64,000 nt of DNA from a virus (lineage: Duplodnaviria > Caudoviricetes), in IMG/VR virus record IMGVR_UViG_3300029288_004137, positions 96,001 to 160,000 of that record. One strand, 5' to 3'. Shown one piece after another: positions 8,993 through 17,809 of this stretch; the stretch's first letter is position 1; every line of letters starts with the position of its first letter. The notes beneath the pieces are model-generated. The model was given only the letters and a program-made list of their open reading frames with translations. It searched no databases and was not told the origin of the DNA. A program made the translations under genes and the position numbers.

Positions 8993-11176
8993 TTACGAAA
9001 GTTTCTTTATATTTGATATTGTAGTGCTCAATCCCCATTGATCCTTTTTAATTTTTGCCATGTATAAACCATTCTTAAATAAAACACTATTCTGTTTAAC
9101 ATCCCAACATTTAAGATTTGTTCCATATCCAGTGTTATCAATCACATCTAATATCCAATAATCTTTACCTGTTTTTGTTTTAAGTTTTTTAACATCTTTT
9201 AGAATAAACCAAGAAATTAAGTCATATGCACTATATTGTGAAATAGGTTTTATATCTATTTCTTTAAATTTATTTAAAATATAATTACTTAATACAAGAT
9301 AATAAGGATACATACCTGTTAATTCTGATATAAATGAAACTTTTTCTGATTTTTCAAAATCATGCATTCCTTTGTGTTCTTCAATATTCCTTCTTAATTC
9401 TGATAATGTTTTTGGTCTATCTTCTGCTACAGATAACCAAAAATGATTAAGATTCTCAAATCTTTCATCCATTAAATTATTTAATGCTCCACATTTAACA
9501 AGAGCACTTATAATTTTTTTATTTACTTTTCTATATATCATATCTTCATTAAAAAGTAAATCCTCTATTTTAGAATATGGTCTATGTTTAATAATTTCTT
9601 TGGCAGATTCTAATCCTATCCCTTTTATGGCAGTTAAAGGTTGAATAACTGAGAATTCATCTTGATCATCTGCTTCCCAATTAAGATTGGATTTATTTAT
9701 ATCACAATTCTTAATTGTAAATCCATTCTTTTGGACATTCGCAATTGCTATATCCTTATTCAATTCTGACTCTTTATCCAAATATGAACAAACCCACTCA
9801 ATCGGATAATAATACCACAACCAAGCACATTGATAAGAAAGAATTGAATAAGAGCAGCTATGACTGTTTGATACAGATATATCATTAGCATAAAATGTAT
9901 GATCTTCACTTTCTACTTCTAAATCATATGTTTCTTGAAATTCTCTATGAAATATTGCATCTTTTATTTTTTCTGCATGATGTTTCATCAAAATTTTTTC
10001 TCCTTTAGAAAGAATCTTTTTTAATGTCATCATTCCTTTTAATGTTTCTATTTTATGATCTAAAGTACAAGTAAGAGTATATCCATTAAATGTTTTTATT
10101 TCCATAACTTTCTTCTTTCCTTGCTTTATAACATCTTTAACTAAAACAAAACCATTTTTACTATTTACTTTCTCTCCTACTTGAACTTCACTTATTTTCT
10201 TATATCCAGTTAATGTTTCTACTAAAGTATTTTCACTTAAACATTTATTAAATCCATAACCACTAAAAAATACAAAGGTTTTCCAAATACGATCTGCATC
10301 TAATTCTGAAATATTTTTTTCTAAACATCCATTGATAAATTTTGTATAAAGTTTATTTTTAACTTCTTCTTCTTTTCCAGTCCCCTTTTTTGTTAAAACT
10401 TTTCTTAATAGATTTCCTTCACTAAGATTTATGTCTTTCCCAAGTCTATGTGCTATTGAAGCAATTTGTTCCTGATATACAAGAAACCCATAGGTTTCTT
10501 GTGTTTCTTCTTTCATTATTGAATGAACATATTTGATATTATTTGGATTGCCTTTTGCTTGTAAATATTGTTTATCAACATTTGCACTTAATGGCCCTGG
10601 TCTGTATATAGCTGTTATGTTTGAGAGTTCATTAATATTTAACGGTTTTGCTTCTTTACAAAAAGATTGTGCTCCTTCTTCTGTAAATTGAAATATTCCA
10701 ACAAACTTTCCTTTATGAAATATATTTTCATAAATATTTTTATCATTAAAATCAATAGCATCAGGATGAAGATTTTTGTTATAAAATTCTTTGATCTCTT
10801 CAAAAGAAATATTTTCTTTCTTTAAAGATTTTTTAAGAATTCTTCTAATTGTTTCTCCAACCATCTTCAAAGATGATAATCCAAGAAGATCAAACTTGAT
10901 AAATCCCATGGGTTCTAAATGTCTTACATTCTGTCCTTCTGACCAAGGTGATTGTATAACACCACCATTAGAAATTAAAGGTATTAATTTATTTAAGTTC
11001 TCTGCTACAAGAATCCCCCCAGCATGGGAGCTACAATTACTTAATATTATTGAGTTTTTTACTATTATGTTTGGATGTTTATCAAAAAAATATTTGTAAT
11101 TTAAATTATGATGAATATCAAAAACTTTTCGTTTCTTTTCAAGAATTTTAATAGATTTAATCTTTAATAATTTCAT
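8993..11176 (-). CDS. dnaE: DNA polymerase III alpha, C-terminal piece (IntC2 + extein with cis mini-intein)
   Basis: SHAGG, KFDLLGL, GIFQF, YRPGP, YQEQ, GYGFNK/SH, HhH (IKGIG), C-terminal OB-like region. Confidence 0.92.
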   Translation of the reverse strand: MKLLKIKSIKILEKKRKVFDIHHNLNYKYFFDKHPNIIVKNSIILSNCSSHAGGILVAENLNKLIPLISNGGVIQSPWSEGQNVRHLEPMGFIKFDLLGLSSLKMVGETIRRILKKSLKKENISFEEIKEFYNKNLHPDAIDFNDKNIYENIFHKGKFVGIFQFTEEGAQSFCKEAKPLNINELSNITAIYRPGPLSANVDKQYLQAKGNPNNIKYVHSIMKEETQETYGFLVYQEQIASIAHRLGKDINLSEGNLLRKVLTKKGTGKEEEVKNKLYTKFINGCLEKNISELDADRIWKTFVFFSGYGFNKCLSENTLVETLTGYKKISEVQVGEKVNSKNGFVLVKDVIKQGKKKVMEIKTFNGYTLTCTLDHKIETLKGMMTLKKILSKGEKILMKHHAEKIKDAIFHREFQETYDLEVESEDHTFYANDISVSNSHSCSYSILSYQCAWLWYYYPIEWVCSYLDKESELNKDIAIANVQKNGFTIKNCDINKSNLNWEADDQDEFSVIQPLTAIKGIGLESAKEIIKHRPYSKIEDLLFNEDMIYRKVNKKIISALVKCGALNNLMDERFENLNHFWLSVAEDRPKTLSELRRNIEEHKGMHDFEKSEKVSFISELTGMYPYYLVLSNYILNKFKEIDIKPISQYSAYDLISWFILKDVKKLKTKTGKDYWILDVIDNTGYGTNLKCWDVKQNSVLFKNGLYMAKIKKDQWGLSTTISNIKKLS
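9866..10243 (-). mobile_element. Cis mini-intein (126 aa) in DnaE at FNK|SH
   Basis: CLSENTLV start, TxxH block B (TCTLDH), YDLEV block F, SVSN|S end. Removal restores GYGFNKSH. Confidence 0.92.
11036..11176 (-). mobile_element. Split intein C-fragment, DnaE pair 2 (47 aa)
   Basis: KIKSIK...VFDI...HPN...ILSN|CSSHAGG. Confidence 0.85.
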
Positions 11177-11966
11177 TTATTTTTCCTAAAACATAGTTTT
11201 CAAATTGTTTATCATCCATTTCTTTATATTCTTTTTCCCAAATATAAAGAATTTTTATTCCTTCTTTTTCAACAACATCTTTTTTTCTTTCATCATGTTC
11301 CCAAACATTCTTTGCTAATTTAGCATCCTTTCTTCCTTTTTTAACTATAAAATTTTCATCATATATTCTTGGATCACAATGCCAATACGAACCATTAAAT
11401 TCTATTGCAACATTTTTTTCAAGAAGTAAAAAATCTAATTCATAAATTTTAATTCTTTTATGATGAACAAATGGAATATTAGCATTAATTAATATTTCTT
11501 TTATTCTTTTCTCTCCCGAAGAACACCAACCTTTACAAAAACATGCAAAAGAAAACGAAGCCATTTTTTCTTTCTTTTCTTCCGACATCCTAAAATATGG
11601 GTTATTTTTTCCTTTTCTACTATCAGCATATTTTTTTATAGAAGGATGATCTTTTTTTGTTAAACCTTTATTCCAAGGTCCTCCTCTTTTTTTGCTCCAT
11701 ATTTTTATTGCTTCACTTGTATTTCTGCGAATAATTTCATATTTTTTTAGGATCTTTAAAATTCCCTCTTTTCCAGGAGTTAATCCCATATTTTCTGCTT
11801 TTATCTTTTTTGAAATTTCAAAAGCAGAAAATCCTTCAAAATACAAACTAACAACATCTATCAATTCATATTTTTTTAAATATTCATCAATATATATTTT
11901 ATGACTTCTAAAAATATGTTTTGATAAAGATAAAAACTTTCTGTTACAAATTTTACAAATGTACAT
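11157..11966 (-). CDS. Free-standing homing endonuclease (C2H2 finger, NUMOD3-like, Vsr/DUF559-like nuclease) inside the DnaE intein break
   Basis: CKIC..H..H, PWNKGLTK, YELDF..AIEFNGSYWH..D..K..GIKILYIWE. Confidence 0.82.
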   Translation of the reverse strand: MYICKICNRKFLSLSKHIFRSHKIYIDEYLKKYELIDVVSLYFEGFSAFEISKKIKAENMGLTPGKEGILKILKKYEIIRRNTSEAIKIWSKKRGGPWNKGLTKKDHPSIKKYADSRKGKNNPYFRMSEEKKEKMASFSFACFCKGWCSSGEKRIKEILINANIPFVHHKRIKIYELDFLLLEKNVAIEFNGSYWHCDPRIYDENFIVKKGRKDAKLAKNVWEHDERKKDVVEKEGIKILYIWEKEYKEMDDKQFENYVLGKINEIIKD

Positions 11967-11972
11967 CTTATA

Positions 11973-12016
11973 ATACCTCCAGCAAAATTCACATATAATT
12001 AGTTTGCTGGAGGTAT
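11973..12016 (-). promoter_or_regulatory. 14-bp-stem hairpin sequestering the endonuclease SD, with ACTAATTA in the loop
   Basis: ATACCTCCAGCAAA / TTTGCTGGAGGTAT perfect inverted repeat. Confidence 0.8.
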
Positions 12017-12032
12017 CTTTTTCCTTTTTAAT

Positions 12033-12884
12033 TTAAAGATTTAAAGAAACAAAAAAATCTTCTTTTAATAAATCCTTTACTTGTTTATATCCATTTTGTG
12101 TTAAAACTTCATGATCTCCTGTTAATTCCAAATAACTCCCATCCTCTAATTCAATTGAAAAAACTTCTTTTTCTCCTAAAAAATAAACTTCATAATCATC
12201 ATTAAAATTTAACTTTCCCGAATAATCAAAATATGCTATAGAATCTTTATTTATATCTTTTATGTTTTTATATCCATTTAATGTCAAAATCTCTACTTTA
12301 TCTGTAAAACATGAACGAATCTGCTTACTTAGAGCTTTTATATGTTTTTCTAAGAATGGGTATTTTTCAAGATATTCCCTCAATGTCCCAGAATATTTTT
12401 TTAATTCTTCAAATGTAGGAGTATAAGCACCTGCTTGTATTCCATGTTCTTTTTTAATCTCAGACAATGATTCTTTTACCATTTTCGTTGTAACAGAATT
12501 AACTTCCTGATAATCAATTCCATAAAATTTTGATAAATCTTTTATAAGACTTTTTATCTGAAATGTATTCCAATTCGAAATTAAAACAACATTATCTTGC
12601 CCCCATTCATTAATAAGAAATTCTTTGAATTCTGTTGCTTCTGCTAAATCATAATCTATATCAGGAAATCCACCACCCTCTTCATCTCTAAGAAATCTTT
12701 CAAATTGAAGATTCCATCTTATAGGGTCTACTTCAGTGATATTTAATAAATAAGATATGAGACATCCAGCGCTTGAATTATGAACTGCTAAACCTTCTAT
12801 ATTATATGTATGTGTGTTTTCTACACATAAATCATAAACTTTTCCATCATAATGCTCATATTCAATCTTTTTAATTTTTATCAT
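12033..12884 (-). CDS. dnaE: DNA polymerase III alpha, middle piece (IntC1 - 155-aa extein - IntN2)
   Basis: SSAGCLISYLLNITEVDP, FERFL, FPDIDYD catalytic motif. Confidence 0.92.
   Translation of the reverse strand: MIKIKKIEYEHYDGKVYDLCVENTHTYNIEGLAVHNSSAGCLISYLLNITEVDPIRWNLQFERFLRDEEGGGFPDIDYDLAEATEFKEFLINEWGQDNVVLISNWNTFQIKSLIKDLSKFYGIDYQEVNSVTTKMVKESLSEIKKEHGIQAGAYTPTFEELKKYSGTLREYLEKYPFLEKHIKALSKQIRSCFTDKVEILTLNGYKNIKDINKDSIAYFDYSGKLNFNDDYEVYFLGEKEVFSIELEDGSYLELTGDHEVLTQNGYKQVKDLLKEDFFVSLNL
12036..12311 (-). mobile_element. Split intein N-fragment, DnaE pair 2 (92 aa)
   Basis: QIRS|CFTDKVEILT...LTGDHEVLTQNG...stop. Confidence 0.9.
12777..12884 (-). mobile_element. Split intein C-fragment, DnaE pair 1 (36 aa)
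   Basis: MIKIKKIEY...VYDLCVENTHTYNIEGLAVHN|S. Confidence 0.92.
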
Positions 12885-12904
12885 TTTTTAATTTCCATGT
12901 ATAA

Positions 12905-13834
12905 TTAAATTTCTACAATTTCATCATTTTCATTTAATTTTTCTGCTTCTTTCCATCCGTTTTTAGTTAATATTTTATGTTCTTTGGTACATTGAATAAT
13001 TCTTCCATCTTCTAATTCAATTTTAATAATCTCTTCTGAAACAGAATATTTAAATAAATCCAAAATTATATTATTTGAACCATCATGAGATATAACAGAA
13101 TCACCCTTTTTTATATCTTGTATGTTTTTAAAACTTTTATCTGCCATCTTTACTTTTGAATCTTTTAAAAAACATCCTCTTCCTGAAGAGACCAGTTGCA
13201 TCTTTTTTGCTTTGTCAGATATTGCTTTCATTGTTAAGAAATATCCAGCAAATCCTCTTTTAAGGATAACTCCTAATTCTTTTGAGAGACGTTCTTTATA
13301 AATTGTATTATTTGCAAATTTTGATGAATTAAAGATATCCCAAACTATTTGAGAAAATGTTTCTTCTGAACTTTTATCTGAAGAAACTATAAATGTAGGT
13401 AATTTTATGCTTCTTTCTGGTAGAAAATCTTCTATTATTGAATGTGCTATTTCATATGTCTTTTCTATTGATTCTGATACAATTGCCCAATCATAATCGA
13501 CATTAGCAATATTAGAATATTTTTTAGCGGATTCAAATACTTGATCTCCATTCTTTGGATATAATTCATAACCAATTTCTTCAACACTCTTTGGTAAAGG
13601 ATTTAAACTTTTTGAAGATAACCAACCTAACCTTTTATATAATTCTCTACTTTCCCATAATTCTGGTCTTGGATAATGAACATCACAAGTTGATATAAGT
13701 TCAAGATCAATTTCATGATGAAGTTTAATAAGAAGTTTATTAATTATGTGTTGTTCATTTAACGAATTCCATTGAAGTTCTCCATACCAATTTTTTCCAA
13801 AAATCTCTCTCATTTTTAAAGTTAAATTTTTCAT
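12905..13834 (-). CDS. dnaE: DNA polymerase III alpha, second piece (PHP C-half and palm start + IntN1)
   Basis: IFGKNWYGELQ, TCDVHY, YKERLSKEL, GFAGYFL, SGRG|C. Confidence 0.9.
   Translation of the reverse strand: MKNLTLKMREIFGKNWYGELQWNSLNEQHIINKLLIKLHHEIDLELISTCDVHYPRPELWESRELYKRLGWLSSKSLNPLPKSVEEIGYELYPKNGDQVFESAKKYSNIANVDYDWAIVSESIEKTYEIAHSIIEDFLPERSIKLPTFIVSSDKSSEETFSQIVWDIFNSSKFANNTIYKERLSKELGVILKRGFAGYFLTMKAISDKAKKMQLVSSGRGCFLKDSKVKMADKSFKNIQDIKKGDSVISHDGSNNIILDLFKYSVSEEIIKIELEDGRIIQCTKEHKILTKNGWKEAEKLNENDEIVEI
12908..13174 (-). mobile_element. Split intein N-fragment, DnaE pair 1 (89 aa)
   Basis: GRG|CFLKDSKVKMAD...CTKEHKILTKNGWKEA...stop. Confidence 0.92.
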
Positions 13835-14412
13835 TTCTTCAAGAACTTTTTCTCACCAAGATAATTAAACTTATAATAAACATTTGCATACATCCCTCCA
13901 ATACAAGCAGATGAAGCAATAATGTTATTTCCCAATTCTTTAAGAATTTTATAATCAATTCTTGGTTTTTTATAAAAGCCATTCTTAAAAGAATAACTTA
14001 TTAATTCAAATAAATTGTTTAATCCTTTTTGATTTTTTGCTAAAAGCAAGATATGACTTCTATTCGAAAGAGAATCTTTAAATTCTCTTTCCGTTTCATC
14101 TTCCGATACAAATCCTTTAACCTTTTCTTTTTTATCTTTTTTATCAGATGATTTTTCTTTTTCTTTTTTCCATTCATCAATGCTATCAATATAATATGCT
14201 TCAACTCCAAAAATAGGTTTGATTTTTCTACCTTCTTTATTCATTTTTATAGAATGAAATAATTGATAAGTCATACCAGACATATTTCCATGATCTGTTA
14301 ATGCAATCGCATCCATACCATTCTCATATGCATATTCCATCGATTCTTGAGGATATCCTAAAGCATCAAATGTAGAAAAATTACTATGAACATGAAGATT
14401 AATGAATTTCAT
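13831..14412 (-). CDS. dnaE: DNA polymerase III alpha, N-terminal PHP piece
   Basis: LHVHSNFS, ALTDHGN, PIFGVEAY, HILLLAKN, FYKKPRID, SSACIGG. Confidence 0.9.
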   Translation of the reverse strand: MKFINLHVHSNFSTFDALGYPQESMEYAYENGMDAIALTDHGNMSGMTYQLFHSIKMNKEGRKIKPIFGVEAYYIDSIDEWKKEKEKSSDKKDKKEKVKGFVSEDETEREFKDSLSNRSHILLLAKNQKGLNNLFELISYSFKNGFYKKPRIDYKILKELGNNIIASSACIGGMYANVYYKFNYLGEKKFLKK

Positions 14413-14839
14413 ATAATCGCTCCAAAATCAAAAATTTAACATAAAAACTATTAACTTGAGAAAATATTTTTTTTAATTCTGATTCTTTATAACAAGAAAT
14501 TAAATATTTAGCAACATCAAAATGTCCATTTTCTGCTGCCAATTTTAAAGAACGATCATACCAAGCATAAATATTAGCACCACATTCAACAAGATATTTA
14601 ACAATACCCAAATAACCTTGATATGAAGCATATCTTAAAGCAATATCATTATCAATATGAATATTAGCACCAATCTCAATAAAGTATTTAATAATATCAA
14701 GATGTCCATATTCTGCTGCTGTTCTTAAAGCATAACCATCCCAAGTATTAATATCGAAACCATTTTTAATATATTCTTTGACTCGTTGAATATTATTGTT
14801 TTTAATTACATTAATAAAACCATTGTAATCATAATTCAT
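14399..14839 (-). CDS. Ankyrin-repeat protein
   Basis: ALRTAAEYGHLDIIKYFIEIGANIH repeats. Confidence 0.9.
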   Translation of the reverse strand: MNYDYNGFINVIKNNNIQRVKEYIKNGFDINTWDGYALRTAAEYGHLDIIKYFIEIGANIHIDNDIALRYASYQGYLGIVKYLVECGANIYAWYDRSLKLAAENGHFDVAKYLISCYKESELKKIFSQVNSFYVKFLILERLYEIH

Positions 14840-15248
14840 AATATCTTTCCAAAATCAAACATTTAACATAAAAATTATTTTTTTTAAAATCATCATCATA
14901 AAAAGAATAATCAGTATAAAAAGAAACATTTTTACTCTTACTATTATAATAATCTTCAATATTGAAAAATAACTCTTTCAATTCTGTTTTTGTATATAAA
15001 GAAAGCAAATATTTAACAATATCAAAATTTTTATGAATTATTGACCATCGTAAAGCATAATCATTATTAGCATGAATTTTAGCACCTTTTTCAACTAAAT
15101 ATTTAATAATACCTAAATGTTTTTTACATTCACCTATTGCTGCTCTAAAATGGAAATCATTGTTTTCATGAATAATATCAATATTCTGCTCAACCAATTC
15201 TTTAACTTTCTGAAATTTTCCATGAACAACTGCATCAAATAAATCCAT
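14829..15248 (-). CDS. Ankyrin-repeat protein
   Basis: IIKYLVEKGAKIHANNDYALRW. Confidence 0.85.
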   Translation of the reverse strand: MDLFDAVVHGKFQKVKELVEQNIDIIHENNDFHFRAAIGECKKHLGIIKYLVEKGAKIHANNDYALRWSIIHKNFDIVKYLLSLYTKTELKELFFNIEDYYNSKSKNVSFYTDYSFYDDDFKKNNFYVKCLILERYYEL

Positions 15249-15672
15249 TATAAAACCTTTCCAAAATTAAATATTTAACATAAAAATTATCAATCTGAGA
15301 AAATAATGCTTTTAATTCTGTATTAGAATATAAAGAAATTAAATATTTGATAATATCAAAATGACCATTTTCTGTTGCCCATCGTAATGTTTCATCATTA
15401 CTTGCATAAATATTAGCACCATATTCAACAAGATATTTGACAATACCAGAATAACCATAAAGTGCTGCAATTCGTAAAGGATAATCATTCCAAATATGAA
15501 TATCAGCACCATGCTCAACAAGATATTTAACAATATCAAAATGACCATCTTCTGCTGCTGTTCTTAAGGCATAACTTTCATCAGCATGAATATAAATACC
15601 ATTTTCAATATATTTTTTAACTTGCTTAAAATCATTACAAATAATTGCATTGAAGAATTCGTTAATATCCAT
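15235..15672 (-). CDS. Ankyrin-repeat protein
   Basis: ALRTAAEDGHFDIVKYLVEHGADIH repeats. Confidence 0.9.
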   Translation of the reverse strand: MDINEFFNAIICNDFKQVKKYIENGIYIHADESYALRTAAEDGHFDIVKYLVEHGADIHIWNDYPLRIAALYGYSGIVKYLVEYGANIYASNDETLRWATENGHFDIIKYLISLYSNTELKALFSQIDNFYVKYLILERFYNGFI

Positions 15673-15714
15673 TATAAAACTTTTCCAATATTTTTTATTT
15701 TTGAACTAATAAAA

Positions 15715-16044
15715 TTAACTAATATACTTAGGATCTAAGTCTTCTATTGAAGAAAAAATTGAAGTTCTTTCGTTATATTTAACTTTACATTCTACATAAA
15801 AATAGCACATATTAATTTTTAAATTTTTATATATATCATGTTTATTATCATAATATTTTATTAAATTACTTTCTGAATAAGTTATAGGATAAAATAATGA
15901 AACATCATCTGTTTCTGATTTATAAATCAATTCAAACAAATAATGTTGTTTTGTTACTATATCCATTTTAATATAAAAAATTGGAATATTATTTTTTTCT
16001 ACCATTATGTCTGTGATAGACATTCTGTTTATATCTATAATCAT
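15715..16044 (-). CDS. Hypothetical protein
   Basis: 109-aa ORF with ATGA overlap. Confidence 0.55.
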   Translation of the reverse strand: MIIDINRMSITDIMVEKNNIPIFYIKMDIVTKQHYLFELIYKSETDDVSLFYPITYSESNLIKYYDNKHDIYKNLKINMCYFYVECKVKYNERTSIFSSIEDLDPKYIS

Positions 16045-17012
16045 TTATTAATAAATTTCCAATAATCTTTGTCAAATTTTACTTTTGAATCCCAAAAACT
16101 ACAAGTTTTAGTAAATAGAGTAGGTTTTGTTAAAATAGAAGAAAAAGAACTTTTCATATAATCTTTATAATAATTCCACCCATCTATACGATAATACCAC
16201 GGAAGATCAGCACAATGAACTTCTTTTGATAAAAGAAGATCTTTAATAAAAATATCATTTAGTGATGCATCTAATATGTCTGATTTTGCATCACAACGAG
16301 AAAAAAAGTTACCTTTTTTCTCGTTGAATTTCCATCCTAAATTTGTATAAATATTCAATAAATATTTTTTTAGTTCATTTAAATTGAATGTAAATCCAAT
16401 TGGATATCCATCAAAAATAGATTTTTCTTTATATCTCAATATAAAGTTATTTGAACTTCTTATTTCTGGCTGGAAATCATTTACAAAATAAGGATCATAA
16501 ACTGAATAAGGAAATGCTACATAAAATTTTGAAGGCGAACAATAAAAACTAATCTGTTTATATACCCAAAAAGCTTTCTCAGCACCAAGTAAAGCACTCC
16601 ATCCTAAACAATCAAAAATCCCTCTTTTGCTAGGATGTATCGGAACATAATAAATTGGAATTTTTATTAAGAATTTTTTAAACTTTAATCCCAATCTTTT
16701 TGTCATAAAATTTAATCTTCTTAATGGAACTGTATGAAAATAAAAAAACTCTTTATATCTTTTTCTTAAATTCAAAATATCTTCTTTATAAGAAACTATC
16801 CAAATTGATCTACACCCTGCCATAGCACATTCAATAATAGCTCTTTCTATTGCCAAATAATTTTTATTAATTGGTATATAAAAATCTTTATCTAATTCAG
16901 AAAAATATGTTTGATTCTTTGCTGTTGGAATAATACCAACAATCGTATGATCAGAACCATCTTTCGTAGAAAGACGATTGTGAAATAACACAAATTCTTC
17001 AGTAGGTTTCAT
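16041..17012 (-). CDS. Hypothetical protein, divergent nucleotidyltransferase/GT-A-like N-terminus
   Basis: VGIIP...IPI...AIERAIIECAMAGCRSIWIV; the GxGxR signature is missing. Confidence 0.45.
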   Translation of the reverse strand: MKPTEEFVLFHNRLSTKDGSDHTIVGIIPTAKNQTYFSELDKDFYIPINKNYLAIERAIIECAMAGCRSIWIVSYKEDILNLRKRYKEFFYFHTVPLRRLNFMTKRLGLKFKKFLIKIPIYYVPIHPSKRGIFDCLGWSALLGAEKAFWVYKQISFYCSPSKFYVAFPYSVYDPYFVNDFQPEIRSSNNFILRYKEKSIFDGYPIGFTFNLNELKKYLLNIYTNLGWKFNEKKGNFFSRCDAKSDILDASLNDIFIKDLLLSKEVHCADLPWYYRIDGWNYYKDYMKSSFSSILTKPTLFTKTCSFWDSKVKFDKDYWKFINK

Positions 17013-17809
17013 AAATATCTTTTTTCCATATCCTCTATAGAATCATAATTAAATTCTATATTTTTATCTATAATATTTTCAAAATAATTCCTAGTTGTTT
17101 GATATATCTCTCTACCTTTATAGGTAGTAGATAAATTTTCTCTATACCAACTTCTTACAAATGAACCATCTTTTTTAAAAGTTTTAACAGGATTCAATTT
17201 ACCTCTTATATTTCTCTCTTTTAAAAATGCTTCAACTCTTATCTTGTAAGAAGCTCCATCAAAATTTTCATCTAATATTTGCTCATCAGTTAAATATGCT
17301 AAAACTCTAAAGTTCTTTTGACTTTCAATTAATATATGAAATAATTCATAATTTTTTGTTTTTATTTCCTTTGGATTCTTTAAATAATCTTTATAATTTT
17401 TAAATCCAAAATTATATACAACAATATTTTTATCATTTATATAATCTTCTTTTTTATATTGTTCTATACCTTTTATGTCTGTTTCATCAAATATAACCAA
17501 TTTTTTATAATTGATATAAAATTCTTTATTGTTTTTAAGAACAACCAATAATCTTTGCTTATCAATTTCAATACAAATAAAATTTACACCATCTACAGTC
17601 CCAAATACTTTTCCTTTAAGAGAAAGAATATTCATTATTCTTGAATATCTTAATGCTCTTTCTTCATTTTCATCATTTTCTTTTTTAAAACAAAAAGGTT
17701 TTTTAGAATAAAGAAAAATAATTGAAGAATAATTATAAAATGAATATAACACTGATTGATATGTAGCACCTAAAACAAGACAATCAGTGTTATATTCAAA
17801 ATTAATCAT
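17009..17809 (-). CDS. Hypothetical protein
   Basis: 266-aa coupled ORF. Confidence 0.55.
   Translation of the reverse strand: MINFEYNTDCLVLGATYQSVLYSFYNYSSIIFLYSKKPFCFKKENDENEERALRYSRIMNILSLKGKVFGTVDGVNFICIEIDKQRLLVVLKNNKEFYINYKKLVIFDETDIKGIEQYKKEDYINDKNIVVYNFGFKNYKDYLKNPKEIKTKNYELFHILIESQKNFRVLAYLTDEQILDENFDGASYKIRVEAFLKERNIRGKLNPVKTFKKDGSFVRSWYRENLSTTYKGREIYQTTRNYFENIIDKNIEFNYDSIEDMEKRYL

Noticed and set aside
11157-11966. Group I intron splicing as the way the dnaE or helicase pieces are joined
   Set aside because: Too little non-coding sequence for an intron core; the flanks encode intein halves with their own starts.
14399-15672. Ankyrin or FVSNSS paralogs as diversity-generating retroelement targets
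   Set aside because: No reverse transcriptase in the window and no template/variable pair differing only at adenines was seen.
14399-15672. Eukaryotic giant-virus origin suggested by the ankyrin type
   Set aside because: T4-like capsid, sheath and tube genes, SD sequences, sigma70 promoters and an amidase indicate a bacteriophage.
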